A DNA stretch of 26,515 bases from NCBI GenBank assembly GCA_051955575.1, contig JBQCGO010000120.1, positions 1 through 26,515 on the forward strand, in the 5' to 3' direction. The stretch is from Burkholderiaceae bacterium (GTDB taxonomy: Bacteria > Pseudomonadota > Gammaproteobacteria > Burkholderiales > Burkholderiaceae_D). This document shows positions 10,511 through 19,929 of the stretch, one piece after another (within the stretch, counting starts at the first letter, position 1; the number at the start of each line of letters is the position of its first letter). Below the pieces are notes generated by a model. It saw only the letters and a list, made by a program, of their open reading frames with translations. It was not told the DNA's origin and did no database searches. The position numbers were made by a program, and so were the translations under genes.

Positions 10511-10711
10511 TCAAGCGGGGATGTCCGGCACCAGTTGCATCTTCAGCAGCGCGATGTGGTCCTTCAACTGGAGCTTGCGCTTTTTCAACCGGCGCAACTG
10601 CAGATCCTCGTGGTGACCGCCCTGGATCAGCGCGTCGATGACCGCGTCGAGATCGCGGTGCTCGACCTCGAGTTCGACGATGCGCTGTTGAAGATGCTCC
10701 GGATAAGCCAT
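10511..10711 (-). CDS. DUF465/YdcH-family small coiled-coil protein
   Basis: EHRDLDAVI...RRLKKRKLQLKD signature; 66 aa. Confidence 0.85.
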   Translation of the reverse strand: MAYPEHLQQRIVELEVEHRDLDAVIDALIQGGHHEDLQLRRLKKRKLQLKDHIALLKMQLVPDIPA

Positions 10712-10792
10712 AATTGTTTCCGCACGTCAATGTCATGATTCTTGCGGCATGTCGGCGCATGGCGACGAACGGACGCGGGACCAGTCGAACTT

Positions 10793-10822
10793 TTGCTGTG
10801 TTCAAGAAAGCAGCAGTGTAAT
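10793..10822 (+). promoter_or_regulatory. Possible sigma70-type promoter of the PP2C gene
   Basis: TTGCTG (10793-10798), 18-nt spacer, TGTAAT (10817-10822), ending 12 nt before the ATG. Confidence 0.3.
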
Positions 10823-10834
10823 CCACCTGACACA

Positions 10835-11641
10835 ATGAGCCAATACAGGATCGAGGCAGGTACCGGGCAGCACATCGGTGACCGCGCCGAACAGCAGGAT
10901 CGGGTCGCCCTGTTCGGCGCGCCGAAAGCGCCGGGTTACATGATGGCGGTTCTTGCCGACGGCATGGGCGGCAAGACCGGCGGCGCGATGGCGGCCGAAC
11001 AGGTCGTGCAGACCGCCCGGCACAGCTTCGAGACGTTTTCGCCCGTGACGGACGGCGTCGAGGCTCTGCTGACGACGATCGCGAAGGAAGCCCATACCGT
11101 CATCCGCCTGAGTGCGCTGTCGACCGAGAAGGAACCGCACAGCACCATGGTGGCGCTGGTTCTGACGCCCGGCGGCGAAGCGGTCTGGGCGCACGTCGGG
11201 GATTCGCGGCTCTACCGTTTCGAGGGACCGAACTGCGTCGGCCGCACCATCGATCATTCCTACGTCGAAAAGCTGCTGGCCGAAGGCCGCATCGCGCGCG
11301 AGGAAGCCCGGCGCCATCGGCTCGCCCATGTGCTGACCAATGCGCTGGGCGCCAGACGCACCGAGCCAGCCATATCGATCGACCGTTGCGGCGCGCTCAA
11401 GGCGGGCGACGCCTTCCTGCTCTGTTCCGACGGCGTGTGGCAATACCTGAGCGAGGTGGAGATGGGCGCGGCGATCGCGATGAACCGGCCGCGCGACGCC
11501 GCCGAGATGCTGATCGGCAAGGCCCGCGGACGCGCGCGCGGCAGCCAGGGGGACAACTGCACGCTGGCGGTGGTGAAACTGGTCCCGCCGGTGGAAGCGC
11601 CGAAGTCCTACGCGGCGCAGAAAATGCGGCGCGCGGTATAG
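10835..11641 (+). CDS. PP2C/PPM-family Ser/Thr protein phosphatase
   Basis: GDRAEQQD, LADGMGG, HVGDSRLY, DHS, LLCSDG and DNCT metal-binding motifs; start trimmed to MSQYRIEAG. Confidence 0.9.
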   Translation: MSQYRIEAGTGQHIGDRAEQQDRVALFGAPKAPGYMMAVLADGMGGKTGGAMAAEQVVQTARHSFETFSPVTDGVEALLTTIAKEAHTVIRLSALSTEKEPHSTMVALVLTPGGEAVWAHVGDSRLYRFEGPNCVGRTIDHSYVEKLLAEGRIAREEARRHRLAHVLTNALGARRTEPAISIDRCGALKAGDAFLLCSDGVWQYLSEVEMGAAIAMNRPRDAAEMLIGKARGRARGSQGDNCTLAVVKLVPPVEAPKSYAAQKMRRAV

Positions 11642-11654
11642 CCGCTACCGGCGG

Positions 11655-12422
11655 TCAAGGCGTCCCGGACTTCGGCATCGCGTCGATCCGGTACGTCGGC
11701 TCTTCGATCGGCGGCAGTTCGGCGGGCCCATGGGGAATCGGCTTGCCCTCCTCCTTCGCCTTCTGCCGCTTCTTCTCCGCGATCTCGCGCTGCCGCTGCG
11801 CCGATTCGCGCGCCTTTTCCTCGTAAGCCTTCACGTTCTCGGCACGCCTGGCGGCTTCAGCGGCGAGGTCGGCTGCCGATGGTTGTGGCTTCTTGGTCGC
11901 CTCGCGAGGCGGCCGCGTCGGGCCGGACGGCAGATGAACGTGATCGGATTGGGCCGGACGGCCGGTCGGCTGGGACTCGCGCTCGGCACGCGGCTCGGGC
12001 CGCGGCTTCGGTGGCGGCGCTTCGGCCCGGCGGGCCGCGTCGTCTTCCGCTTTCTTGCGCAGCGCGGCGTCGCGCTCGTCGGCCCGTTCGCGGCGCAGGT
12101 AGGCGTCGGCCGCGATCTCGCGCGCGCGGATTTCCTTCAACGCCGCGCGGCGCCGCTCCTTCGCGTCGTCGAGGCAGGACGTGGCGAAGAAACGCTGCTG
12201 GCAACCGCGGCTCTCGTCGGCGAAGTGAATCTCGACTTCCTTGCGCGCCGCAGCGGTGTCGGCCAGGGTCTGGTCCGCTTGCGCGCGCGAGTCGATCCGG
12301 GTCGCTTCCGTCTTGTCGTGGTCGGCCGCGAAAGCCGCGGACGCCCCGCCCAGCACGAACGCCGCGCGGACGGCGAAACGGAGCGCGGACGGCGGCAGGC
12401 GGAAAGTGATTCGGCGGATCAT
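11655..12422 (-). CDS. Hypothetical exported protein (signal peptide, CxxxFFxxxC motif, charged helical and Pro-rich regions)
   Basis: Sec-type signal ending AFA|A; CQQRFFATSC; ATGA overlap with the zapE stop. Confidence 0.78.
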   Translation of the reverse strand: MIRRITFRLPPSALRFAVRAAFVLGGASAAFAADHDKTEATRIDSRAQADQTLADTAAARKEVEIHFADESRGCQQRFFATSCLDDAKERRRAALKEIRAREIAADAYLRRERADERDAALRKKAEDDAARRAEAPPPKPRPEPRAERESQPTGRPAQSDHVHLPSGPTRPPREATKKPQPSAADLAAEAARRAENVKAYEEKARESAQRQREIAEKKRQKAKEEGKPIPHGPAELPPIEEPTYRIDAMPKSGTP

Positions 12423-13498
12423 AGGCGGCGCTCCGATTCCATGTATTCGCGGGATTGCATCTCGATGATACGGGATACGGTGCGGTGGAATTCGTTGGCC
12501 AGCACGCCGGTCGTGTAGAGCTCGTCCGGCATTGCCTCGGCCGACATGATGAGCTTGATCCGGTGATCGTAGAACACGTCGACCAGCCAGGTGAAGCGCC
12601 GCGCCTCCGACGACATCGCGGCCGACATCTTCGGCACGCCGGACAGGACCACCGTGTGGAAGCGGCTGGCGATCTCGAGGTAGTCGTTCTGCGAGCGAGG
12701 GCCGCCGCAAAGCGTGGCGAAATCGAACCAGACCACGCCGCCCGCGCGGCGCAGCGCCCGCAGCTCGCGCGCCTCGATGTGCAGCCGCGGATCCTCGTCC
12801 TCGGTATCGGCGATGCACGCAAACGCGTGCCGCAGCGCGCGATCGGTTTCCGCATTCAACGGCACGTGATAGGCCTGCACCTGTTCCAGCGCGCGCTTGC
12901 GGTAGTCGTTGCCGGCATCGACGTTGAGGATGTCCATCCGCTCTTCAAGCAGCCTGATCGTCGGCAGCATCCTGTCGCGATGCAGGCCTTCGGGATACAG
13001 CGTCTTCGGCTCGTAGTTCGACGTCATCACGAACGACACGCCGTTATCGAACATGGCTTTCAGCAGGTTGTAGAGAATCATCGCATCGGCGATGTCGGAC
13101 ACGTGAAACTCGTCGAAGCAGATCAACCGGTAGCGCTTGGCCGCGCGCCGCGCGACTTCATCGAGCGGGTCCGCCATGCCCTTCAACGTATCGAGCTGGC
13201 GGTGGACGTCGCGCATGAACTCGTGGAAATGCAGCCGCGTCTTGCGCACCACCGGGACCACGGCATAGAAACTGTCCATCAGGAACGACTTGCCGCGCCC
13301 GACGCCGCCCCACATGTACACGCCGCGCGGCACCTGGGGCCGGTTGATCAGGCGCTTGAACGAATTGCTGCGCTGCTGCTTGAACGCGACCCACTCGTCG
13401 TAGGCCTGCTGCAGCCGCGCGACCGCGCGCAGTTGCGCGTCGTCCGGCTGGTACTGCCGCTGACGCAGCGCGTTTTCGTAGAACTCGGTGACATTCAT
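12419..13498 (-). CDS. zapE: AFG1-family ATPase ZapE
   Basis: Walker A GGVGRGKS, Walker B LICFDEFH, TSN, RFTWLVDVFYD, RTVSR; start trimmed to MNVTEFY. Confidence 0.95.
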   Translation of the reverse strand: MNVTEFYENALRQRQYQPDDAQLRAVARLQQAYDEWVAFKQQRSNSFKRLINRPQVPRGVYMWGGVGRGKSFLMDSFYAVVPVVRKTRLHFHEFMRDVHRQLDTLKGMADPLDEVARRAAKRYRLICFDEFHVSDIADAMILYNLLKAMFDNGVSFVMTSNYEPKTLYPEGLHRDRMLPTIRLLEERMDILNVDAGNDYRKRALEQVQAYHVPLNAETDRALRHAFACIADTEDEDPRLHIEARELRALRRAGGVVWFDFATLCGGPRSQNDYLEIASRFHTVVLSGVPKMSAAMSSEARRFTWLVDVFYDHRIKLIMSAEAMPDELYTTGVLANEFHRTVSRIIEMQSREYMESERRL

Positions 13499-13590
13499 CG
13501 GGAATTGCCGTCTTTCCGCCTGGCGTGCAATGCGCGTTTCCAAGCTGCCGGTTCGATACCGCGCGCCTCGGCCGCGGCTTGGGATCCGGC

Positions 13591-13617
13591 AAAAAAATCG
13601 GCGAGCCTTGCTCGCCG
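13591..13617 (-). terminator. Rho-independent terminator closing the sucA-sucB-lpdA-lipoprotein unit
   Basis: Minus strand reads cggcgagc-aag-gctcgccg followed by attttttt. Confidence 0.85.
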
Positions 13618-13637
13618 GAATGTAAGTCTGAATTGTT

Positions 13638-14048
13638 CTAGGAAGGATTCATCTCGACCACGATCCGGGACGGATAGCTGCCGACCGGACGCCCGCCGAT
13701 CGGGAGACTCAAGCCGAATCCGACGCCGCCGCTGCCGCCTCCCAGGCCGATGCCGACGCCCGATCCGCCCGTCGCGTAATCGTTGCGGTATTCGTATTGC
13801 GACGTGCGGTAACCCGGTTTGTCGCAGACGATGCGCAGATCGCCGCTCGGTGCGCCGACTTCGACCTGGGCCGGCGTCTTGACGGTCCAGTTGCCGGCGC
13901 TGGTCGTGACCGCGCAGGTTGCGCCCTCGATGGCGGCGCCGTTGCTGGCCGTCTCGACGGTCAGCACTCCCGGATCGCTGCTGGTCGTCGCGCAAGCGGC
14001 CACGAAGAGGGACAACAACCAGACCGGCGGGATCGAGCGGCGCATCAT
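13638..14048 (-). CDS. Small putative lipoprotein with Gly-rich C-terminal segment
   Basis: Basic N-terminus, hydrophobic core, lipobox VAA-C; GGGAG RBS at the lpdA stop; two further Cys; GVGIGLGGGSGGVGFGL stretch. Confidence 0.8.
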   Translation of the reverse strand: MMRRSIPPVWLLSLFVAACATTSSDPGVLTVETASNGAAIEGATCAVTTSAGNWTVKTPAQVEVGAPSGDLRIVCDKPGYRTSQYEYRNDYATGGSGVGIGLGGGSGGVGFGLSLPIGGRPVGSYPSRIVVEMNPS

Positions 14049-14056
14049 GCGACTCC

Positions 14057-15484
14057 CTAGAAGTTCAGCGCCCGCTTGTCGACCGCGAGGGCGGCTTCCT
14101 TCGTCGCCTCGGCGAGCGAAGGATGGGCGTGGCAGATCCGGGCGATGTCTTCGGACGACGCCTTGAATTCCATCGCGGTGACCGCCTCGGAAATCAGTTC
14201 CGACACCATCGGGCCGATCATGTGCACGCCGAGGATTTCGTCGGTGCGAGCATCGGCCAGGATCTTCACCATGCCGGTCGTGTCGCCGAGCGCCCGCGCC
14301 CTGCCGTTGGCGAGGAAGGGGAAGCTGCCGGCACGGTAGGCGATCTTGTCGTTCTTCAACTGCTGCTCCGTCTTGCCGACCCAGGCGATTTCCGGCGATG
14401 TGTAGATGACCCACGGAATCGTGTCGAAGTTCACATGGCCGTGCTGCCCGGCGATGCGCTCCGCCACCGCGACGCCCTCTTCTTCCGCCTTGTGCGCCAG
14501 CATCGGGCCGCGCACCACGTCGCCGATCGCCCAGACGTTCGGCAGGTTGGTGCGGCATTCGGCGTCGACCTTGACGAAGCCGCGCTCGTCGAGTTCGAGG
14601 CCGACGGCGCCCGCGTTCAAACCCTCGGTGTTCGGCACGCGGCCGATCGAGACGATCAGCCGATCGAAGGTCGCCTTCTGCGCATTGCCCGCCGCGTCCG
14701 CGTATTCGACCGCGACGTCCTTCTTGCCGGCGGTGATCGCGCCCAGCTTGACGCCGAGGTGGATCGCCAGGCCCTGCTTGGCGAACACTTTCTGCGCCTC
14801 CTTGGCGATCTGCTCGTCGACCGCGGCGAGGAAGGTCGGCATCGCTTCGAGGATCGTGACCTCGGCGCCGAGACGGCGCCAGACGCTGCCCATCTCCAGG
14901 CCAATCACGCCGGCGCCGATCACGCCGAGCCGCTTCGGCACGGAATCCATCGCCAGCGCGCCGGTGTTGGACAGGATCAGTTTTTCGTCGAACGGCGCGC
15001 CGGGCAGCGCGCGGGCGTTCGAGCCGGTCGCGATCACCACCTGCTTCGCCGTCAGGGTTTCCTCGGTCGCACCGGACACCGCGACGACGGTCTGCTCGCC
15101 GTCGCGCTTGACCAGCGAGCCGCGGCCGTGGAAGAAGGTGACCTTGTTCTTCTTGAACAGATACAGAATGCCGTCGTTGTTCTGCTTCACCACCGTGTTC
15201 TTGCGGCCCAGCATCTTGCCGAGATTCAGCGACAGTCCCTGCATCTCGATGCCGTGGTCCGCGAACGCGTGCCCGGCATGCTCGTAGTTCTCCGAGGATT
15301 GCAGCAGCGCCTTCGACGGAATGCATCCGACGTTGGTGCAGGTGCCGCCGGGCGCCGGACCGCCCTTTTCGTTCTTCCACTCGTCGATGCAGGCCGTCGA
15401 GAAGCCGAGTTGCGCGGCGCGGATCGCCGCGATGTAACCGCCGGGGCCGCCGCCGATCACCACCACGTCAAACTGTTTGCTCAT
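14057..15484 (-). CDS. lpdA: Dihydrolipoamide dehydrogenase (E3)
   Basis: GGGPGG FAD motif, [13 protein letters not shown] redox disulfide, [14 protein letters not shown]; start trimmed to MSKQFDVVV. Confidence 0.98.
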   Translation of the reverse strand: MSKQFDVVVIGGGPGGYIAAIRAAQLGFSTACIDEWKNEKGGPAPGGTCTNVGCIPSKALLQSSENYEHAGHAFADHGIEMQGLSLNLGKMLGRKNTVVKQNNDGILYLFKKNKVTFFHGRGSLVKRDGEQTVVAVSGATEETLTAKQVVIATGSNARALPGAPFDEKLILSNTGALAMDSVPKRLGVIGAGVIGLEMGSVWRRLGAEVTILEAMPTFLAAVDEQIAKEAQKVFAKQGLAIHLGVKLGAITAGKKDVAVEYADAAGNAQKATFDRLIVSIGRVPNTEGLNAGAVGLELDERGFVKVDAECRTNLPNVWAIGDVVRGPMLAHKAEEEGVAVAERIAGQHGHVNFDTIPWVIYTSPEIAWVGKTEQQLKNDKIAYRAGSFPFLANGRARALGDTTGMVKILADARTDEILGVHMIGPMVSELISEAVTAMEFKASSEDIARICHAHPSLAEATKEAALAVDKRALNF

Positions 15485-15509
15485 TGTTTCTCCAGCGTGT
15501 TGTGCGAAA

Positions 15510-15553
15510 GGACGATGCCGGCGCGCGCATCGCGCCGACACCGGGCATCGTCC
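15510..15553. repeat. Intergenic palindrome between sucB and lpdA
   Basis: ggacgatgcc (15510-15519) and ggcatcgtcc (15544-15553) form a perfect 10-bp inverted repeat enclosing cggcgcg/cgcgccg. Confidence 0.75.
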
Positions 15554-15573
15554 GATCAGGGATCAGAGGCCGA

Positions 15574-16845
15574 TCAGAGGTCCAGCAACAGCCGCGCCGG
15601 ATCTTCCAGCGCTTCCTTCATCGCCACCAGGCCCAGCACCGCTTCGCGGCCGTCGATGATCCGGTGATCGTAGGACATCGCCAGGTAGTTCATCGGGCGG
15701 ATCACGATCTGGCCGTTCTCGACCACCGGCCGCTCCTTGGTCGCGTGCACGCCGAGGATCGCCGACTGCGGCGGGTTGATGATCGGCGTCGACAGCATCG
15801 AGCCGAAGGTGCCGCCATTGGAAATCGAGAAGGTGCCGCCGGTCAGTTCCTCGATGGTCAGCTTGCCTTCCTTGGCCTTGGCGCCGAACTCGCCGATCTT
15901 CTTCTCGATGTCGGCGATCGACATCTGGTCGGCGTCGCGCAGCACCGGCACCACCAGGCCGCGCGGCGAGCCGACCGCGATGCCGATGTCGAAGTAGCCG
16001 TGGTAAACGATGTCGTTGCCGTCCACCGATGCATTGATGACCGGGTACTTCTTCAGGGCCGCGACCGCCGCCTTGACGAAGAACGACATGAAGCCGAGCT
16101 TGACGCCGTGCTCCTTCTCGAACTTGACCTTGTACTTGGCGCGCAGGTCCATGACCGGCTGCATGTTGACTTCGTTGAACGTCGTCAGGATCGCGTTGGT
16201 CGCCTGCGACTGCAGCAGGCGCTCGGCGATGCGCGCGCGCAGGCGGCTCATCGGCACGCGTTCTTCGGGACGGTTGGCCAGGTTGTTCAGGTTGACCGGC
16301 GCGGCGACTTGCTGGAGCGCGGGCTTCGGCGCCGGCGTCGGGATCGGCGCAGGTTTCGCCGCGGGCTGCGTTGCCGGTTTCTGTTCGAGCGCGTTGATCA
16401 CGTCGCCCTTGGTGACGCGGCCGTCGCGGCCGGTGCCGGCGACCTGCCCGGCTGCCATGCTGTTGTCGGCCATCATCTTGGCCGCGGCGGGCATGGCCAC
16501 GCCCGCGGCTTTCGGCGCCTGTGCCGTCGGTTGCTGGGTCACCGGCGCGGCCTGCGCCGGCGTGGGCAGATCGGTCACCGCCGCCTGCGCGACGCCGGCC
16601 GATGCCTCGGTGTCGAGGATCGCGATCACTTCGCCCGCGACGACGGTGCTGCCATCGGCCTTGACGACCTGGGTGATGACGCCGGCATCCGGCGACGGCA
16701 GCTCGAGCACGACCTTGTCGGTCTCGATGTCGATCAGGTTCTCGTCGCGCGCCACCTTGTCGCCGACCTTCTTGTGCCACTGCAGCAGCGTCGCTTCGGC
16801 GACGGATTCGGACAGCTGCGGGACCTTGACTTCAATGATTGCCAT
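15574..16845 (-). CDS. sucB: 2-oxoglutarate dehydrogenase E2 (dihydrolipoamide succinyltransferase)
   Basis: Lipoyl motif ETDKV, E3-binding [12 protein letters not shown], catalytic DHRIIDG; GGAG RBS at 16852-16855. Confidence 0.98.
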   Translation of the reverse strand: MAIIEVKVPQLSESVAEATLLQWHKKVGDKVARDENLIDIETDKVVLELPSPDAGVITQVVKADGSTVVAGEVIAILDTEASAGVAQAAVTDLPTPAQAAPVTQQPTAQAPKAAGVAMPAAAKMMADNSMAAGQVAGTGRDGRVTKGDVINALEQKPATQPAAKPAPIPTPAPKPALQQVAAPVNLNNLANRPEERVPMSRLRARIAERLLQSQATNAILTTFNEVNMQPVMDLRAKYKVKFEKEHGVKLGFMSFFVKAAVAALKKYPVINASVDGNDIVYHGYFDIGIAVGSPRGLVVPVLRDADQMSIADIEKKIGEFGAKAKEGKLTIEELTGGTFSISNGGTFGSMLSTPIINPPQSAILGVHATKERPVVENGQIVIRPMNYLAMSYDHRIIDGREAVLGLVAMKEALEDPARLLLDL

Positions 16846-16871
16846 GTAACGCTCCGTTTCGGTTTGTTGTG

Positions 16872-17030
16872 GTGCCCGGCATCGAGGATCGCGTTGAGGG
16901 AAACCGATGAGATGACTGCCATGCGTCGTTGCAAATACTCGCAAGGGGTCAACCCTTGCTCCGTTTTGCGCCTAGCCTGACGGTCATCTCATCAATTTCC
17001 CTTTTCAACGCGATCCCCGATGCCGGGCAC
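16872..17030. repeat. Long nested imperfect inverted repeat filling the sucA-sucB spacer
   Basis: Arms 16872-16921 and 16978-17030 match at 45 of 50 aligned positions with one 3-nt gap; inner hairpin gcaaggg/cccttgc at 16941-16959. Confidence 0.9.
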
Positions 17031-17062
17031 GGCGCGCCAGCTTCTGGTACGCCGCCGGGTGT

Positions 17063-19918
17063 TTATTTGGTGAGCACGAAGCCCTTCAGCTTCGAGAACG
17101 CGGTGTCGATCAACGCCTTCTGCTGCGCGTAGTGCTTGTCGTAGTAACCGACAGCCGGGGACGCGCTGGCCGGGCGGCCGGCGTAGGCCAGTTTCTGACC
17201 GTCCTCGAGGTTCTCGAAGATGTTGTGCTGGATCTGGAACCACGCGCCCTGGTTCTGCGGCTCGTCCTGCGCCCACACCAGTTCGGTGAAGTTCGGGAAT
17301 TTCCGCAGTTCCGCGGCGAACGCCTTGTGCGGGAACGGGTACAACTGCTCGACGCGGATGATCGCGACGTCGTTCTGGCCGCGCTCCTTGCGTGCATTCA
17401 CGAGGTCGTAATACACCTTGCCCGAGCAGGCGACGATCCGCTTGACCTTGCGGACGTCGATGGCGTCGTCCGTCTCGCCGATCACCGTCTGGAACCCACC
17501 CTTGGCGAGATCCGACAGCGGCGAGCCGGCGTCCTTGTTCCGCAGCAGCGACTTCGGCGTCATGATCACCAGCGGCTTGCGGAACAGGCGAATCATCTGC
17601 CGGCGCAGCAGGTGGAAAATCTGCGCGGCCGTGGTCGGCTGCACCACCTGCATGTTGTTGTCGGCGCAGAGCTGGAGGTAGCGCTCGAGGCGTGCGGAAG
17701 AGTGTTCCGGTCCCTGGCCCTCGTAGCCGTGCGGCAGCATCATCACCAGACCCGAGGCGCGGCCCCACTTCACTTCGCCGGAGCTGATGAACTGGTCGAT
17801 CACCACCTGCGCGCCGTTGGCAAAGTCGCCGAACTGCGCTTCCCAGATGGTCAGCGTGTTGGGTTCCGCAGTCGAGTAGCCGTACTCGAAGCCAAGCACC
17901 GCCTCTTCCGACAGCACCGAGTCGATCACGGTGAACGGCGCCTGGTTTTCCGCGACGTTCTGCAGCGGCACGTAGGTGCCGGCGTCCCAGCGCTCACGGT
18001 TCTGGTCGTGCAGCACCGAGTGGCGGTGCACGAAGGTGCCGCGGCCGGCGTCCTGACCGGTCAGGCGCACCGCGTAGCCGGACGAGACCAGTGATGCATA
18101 CGCGAGATGCTCGCCCATGCCCCAGTCGAGATTCATCTCGCCGCGGCCCATCGCGGCGCGGTCGCCGAGCACCTTTTCGACCAGCGGGTGGATCTTGAAG
18201 TGTTCCGGCGTGGTCGTGATGCGCGCCGCGAGGCGCTTCAGTTCGGCCAGCGGCACCGCGGTGTCGGCGGCATCGGTCCATTTCCGGTTCAGGAACGGCA
18301 TCCAGTCGACCGCGTACTTGCTCTTGAAATTCGAGATGACCGGATCGATCGTGCGGCGGCCGGCGTCCAGCGCGTCGCGATACGCCTTGACCATCTCGTC
18401 GCCGGCTTCCGCCGGGATCGTGCCCTGGGTCGCGAGCTTGTCGGCATAGACCTTGCGCGTGCCCGGATGCTTGCCGATCTTCTTGTACATCAGCGGCTGG
18501 GTCAGCGCCGGCGTGTCCTGCTCGTTGTGGCCGAGCTTGCGGAAGCAGACGATGTCGACCACGATGTCCTTTTTGAAGGTCATGCGGAAATCGAGCGCGA
18601 TCTGGGTGGCGAACACGACCGCTTCCGGGTCGTCGCCGTTCACGTGCAGGGTCGGCGCCTCGATCATCTTGACCACGTCGGAGCAGTACAGCGTCGAGCG
18701 CGAATCGCGCGGATCCGAGGTGGTGAAGCCGATCTGGTTGTTGATGACGATGTGCACCGTGCCGCCGGTGCCGTAGCCGCGGGTCTGCGCGAGGTTCAGG
18801 GTTTCCATCACGACGCCCTGCCCGGCGAAAGCCGCATCGCCGTGCACCAGGATCGGCAGCACTTGCGAACCATCGTGGTCGCCGCGACGGTCCATGCGCG
18901 CCTTGACCGAACCTTCGACGACCGGATTGACGATCTCCAGGTGGGACGGATTGAATGCGAGCGACAGGTGCACCGGACCGCCGAGCGTGCTGATGTCCGA
19001 CGAGAAGCCCTGGTGGTACTTGACGTCGCCTGCCGGCAGATCGTCCGCGTGCTTGCCCTCGAACTCGGCAAACAGGTCCTGCGGCATCTTGCCGAGGATG
19101 TTGACCAGCACGTTCAGCCGGCCGCGGTGCGCCATGCCGATCACGATTTCCTGCACGCCCTGCTCGCCGGCGCGCTGGATGGTTTCATCGAGCGAGGTGA
19201 TGAAGCTCTCGCCGCCTTCGAGCGAAAAGCGTTTCTGGCCGACGTACTTGGTGTGCAGGTAGCGCTCCAGTCCTTCGGCCGCGGTCAGGCGTTCCAGGAT
19301 GTGCTTGCGCTTTTCAGTGGAGAAATTCGGCGTTGAGCGGGTCGATTCGAGCCGCTCCTGGAGCCAGCGCTTCTGCGCCGGATCGCTCATGTACATGAAC
19401 TCGGCGCCGATGTTGCGGCAATAGGTGTCGCGCAGTGCGTTGAGCAGGTCGCGCAGCGTCGCGTTTTCGGGGCCGAAATAAGTGTTGCTGATGGTGAACA
19501 CCGTGTCCATGTCGGCATCGGTGAACCCGTAGAAATTCGGCTCCAGCTCGGGAATGGCCTGCCGCTCCTGGCGCTGCAGCGGGTCGAGATTGGCCCAGCG
19601 GTTGCCGAGGAAGCGGTAGGCGGAGATCAGCTGGGTGACGGCGACGCGCTTGCGTCCCATCTCGACGTCGGTCGACGCGACCACGGTGCGGATCGGACCC
19701 TGCTTGGCGCGCTGAGCGAACGAGGCGACCACCGGGGCGTGCGCGACGTCCGGGCGCTCCGAGCCATCGACCGCAGGCACGTGCTGCATGGCGTCGAAAT
19801 ACGAACGCCAGTTGTCGGGGACCGAACCGGGATTGTTCAGATAGGCTTCGTACAGCTCCTCGATGTACGGCGCATTGCCGCCGAAAAGGTACGAATTGGA
19901 CTGGTACTGCTGCATCAT
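17063..19918 (-). CDS. sucA: 2-oxoglutarate dehydrogenase E1
   Basis: KRFSLEG, GMAHRGRLN, GDVKYH, ThDP motif HGDAAFAGQG...NN, LPHGYEGQGPEHSSAR. The ATG at 19918 is preferred over the GTG at 19927 because AAAGGTGAG sits at SD distance. Confidence 0.98.
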   Translation of the reverse strand: MMQQYQSNSYLFGGNAPYIEELYEAYLNNPGSVPDNWRSYFDAMQHVPAVDGSERPDVAHAPVVASFAQRAKQGPIRTVVASTDVEMGRKRVAVTQLISAYRFLGNRWANLDPLQRQERQAIPELEPNFYGFTDADMDTVFTISNTYFGPENATLRDLLNALRDTYCRNIGAEFMYMSDPAQKRWLQERLESTRSTPNFSTEKRKHILERLTAAEGLERYLHTKYVGQKRFSLEGGESFITSLDETIQRAGEQGVQEIVIGMAHRGRLNVLVNILGKMPQDLFAEFEGKHADDLPAGDVKYHQGFSSDISTLGGPVHLSLAFNPSHLEIVNPVVEGSVKARMDRRGDHDGSQVLPILVHGDAAFAGQGVVMETLNLAQTRGYGTGGTVHIVINNQIGFTTSDPRDSRSTLYCSDVVKMIEAPTLHVNGDDPEAVVFATQIALDFRMTFKKDIVVDIVCFRKLGHNEQDTPALTQPLMYKKIGKHPGTRKVYADKLATQGTIPAEAGDEMVKAYRDALDAGRRTIDPVISNFKSKYAVDWMPFLNRKWTDAADTAVPLAELKRLAARITTTPEHFKIHPLVEKVLGDRAAMGRGEMNLDWGMGEHLAYASLVSSGYAVRLTGQDAGRGTFVHRHSVLHDQNRERWDAGTYVPLQNVAENQAPFTVIDSVLSEEAVLGFEYGYSTAEPNTLTIWEAQFGDFANGAQVVIDQFISSGEVKWGRASGLVMMLPHGYEGQGPEHSSARLERYLQLCADNNMQVVQPTTAAQIFHLLRRQMIRLFRKPLVIMTPKSLLRNKDAGSPLSDLAKGGFQTVIGETDDAIDVRKVKRIVACSGKVYYDLVNARKERGQNDVAIIRVEQLYPFPHKAFAAELRKFPNFTELVWAQDEPQNQGAWFQIQHNIFENLEDGQKLAYAGRPASASPAVGYYDKHYAQQKALIDTAFSKLKGFVLTK

Positions 19919-19929
19919 CTTGCTCACCT

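Noticed and set aside
8641-10641. 666-aa plus-strand ORF, and similar long antisense ORFs (1429-2808, 2636-4225, 12455-13882, 13919-15667, 15484-16980, 18107-19336, 20246-22546, 22519-24327)
   Set aside because: Shadow ORFs opposite well-supported genes; high GC3 codon usage depletes stops in the antisense frame; no recognisable motifs.
13638-15380. Apparent 580-aa protein ending in the lipoprotein
   Set aside because: The upstream part is an alternative frame of lpdA; the signal peptide and RBS place the start at 14048.
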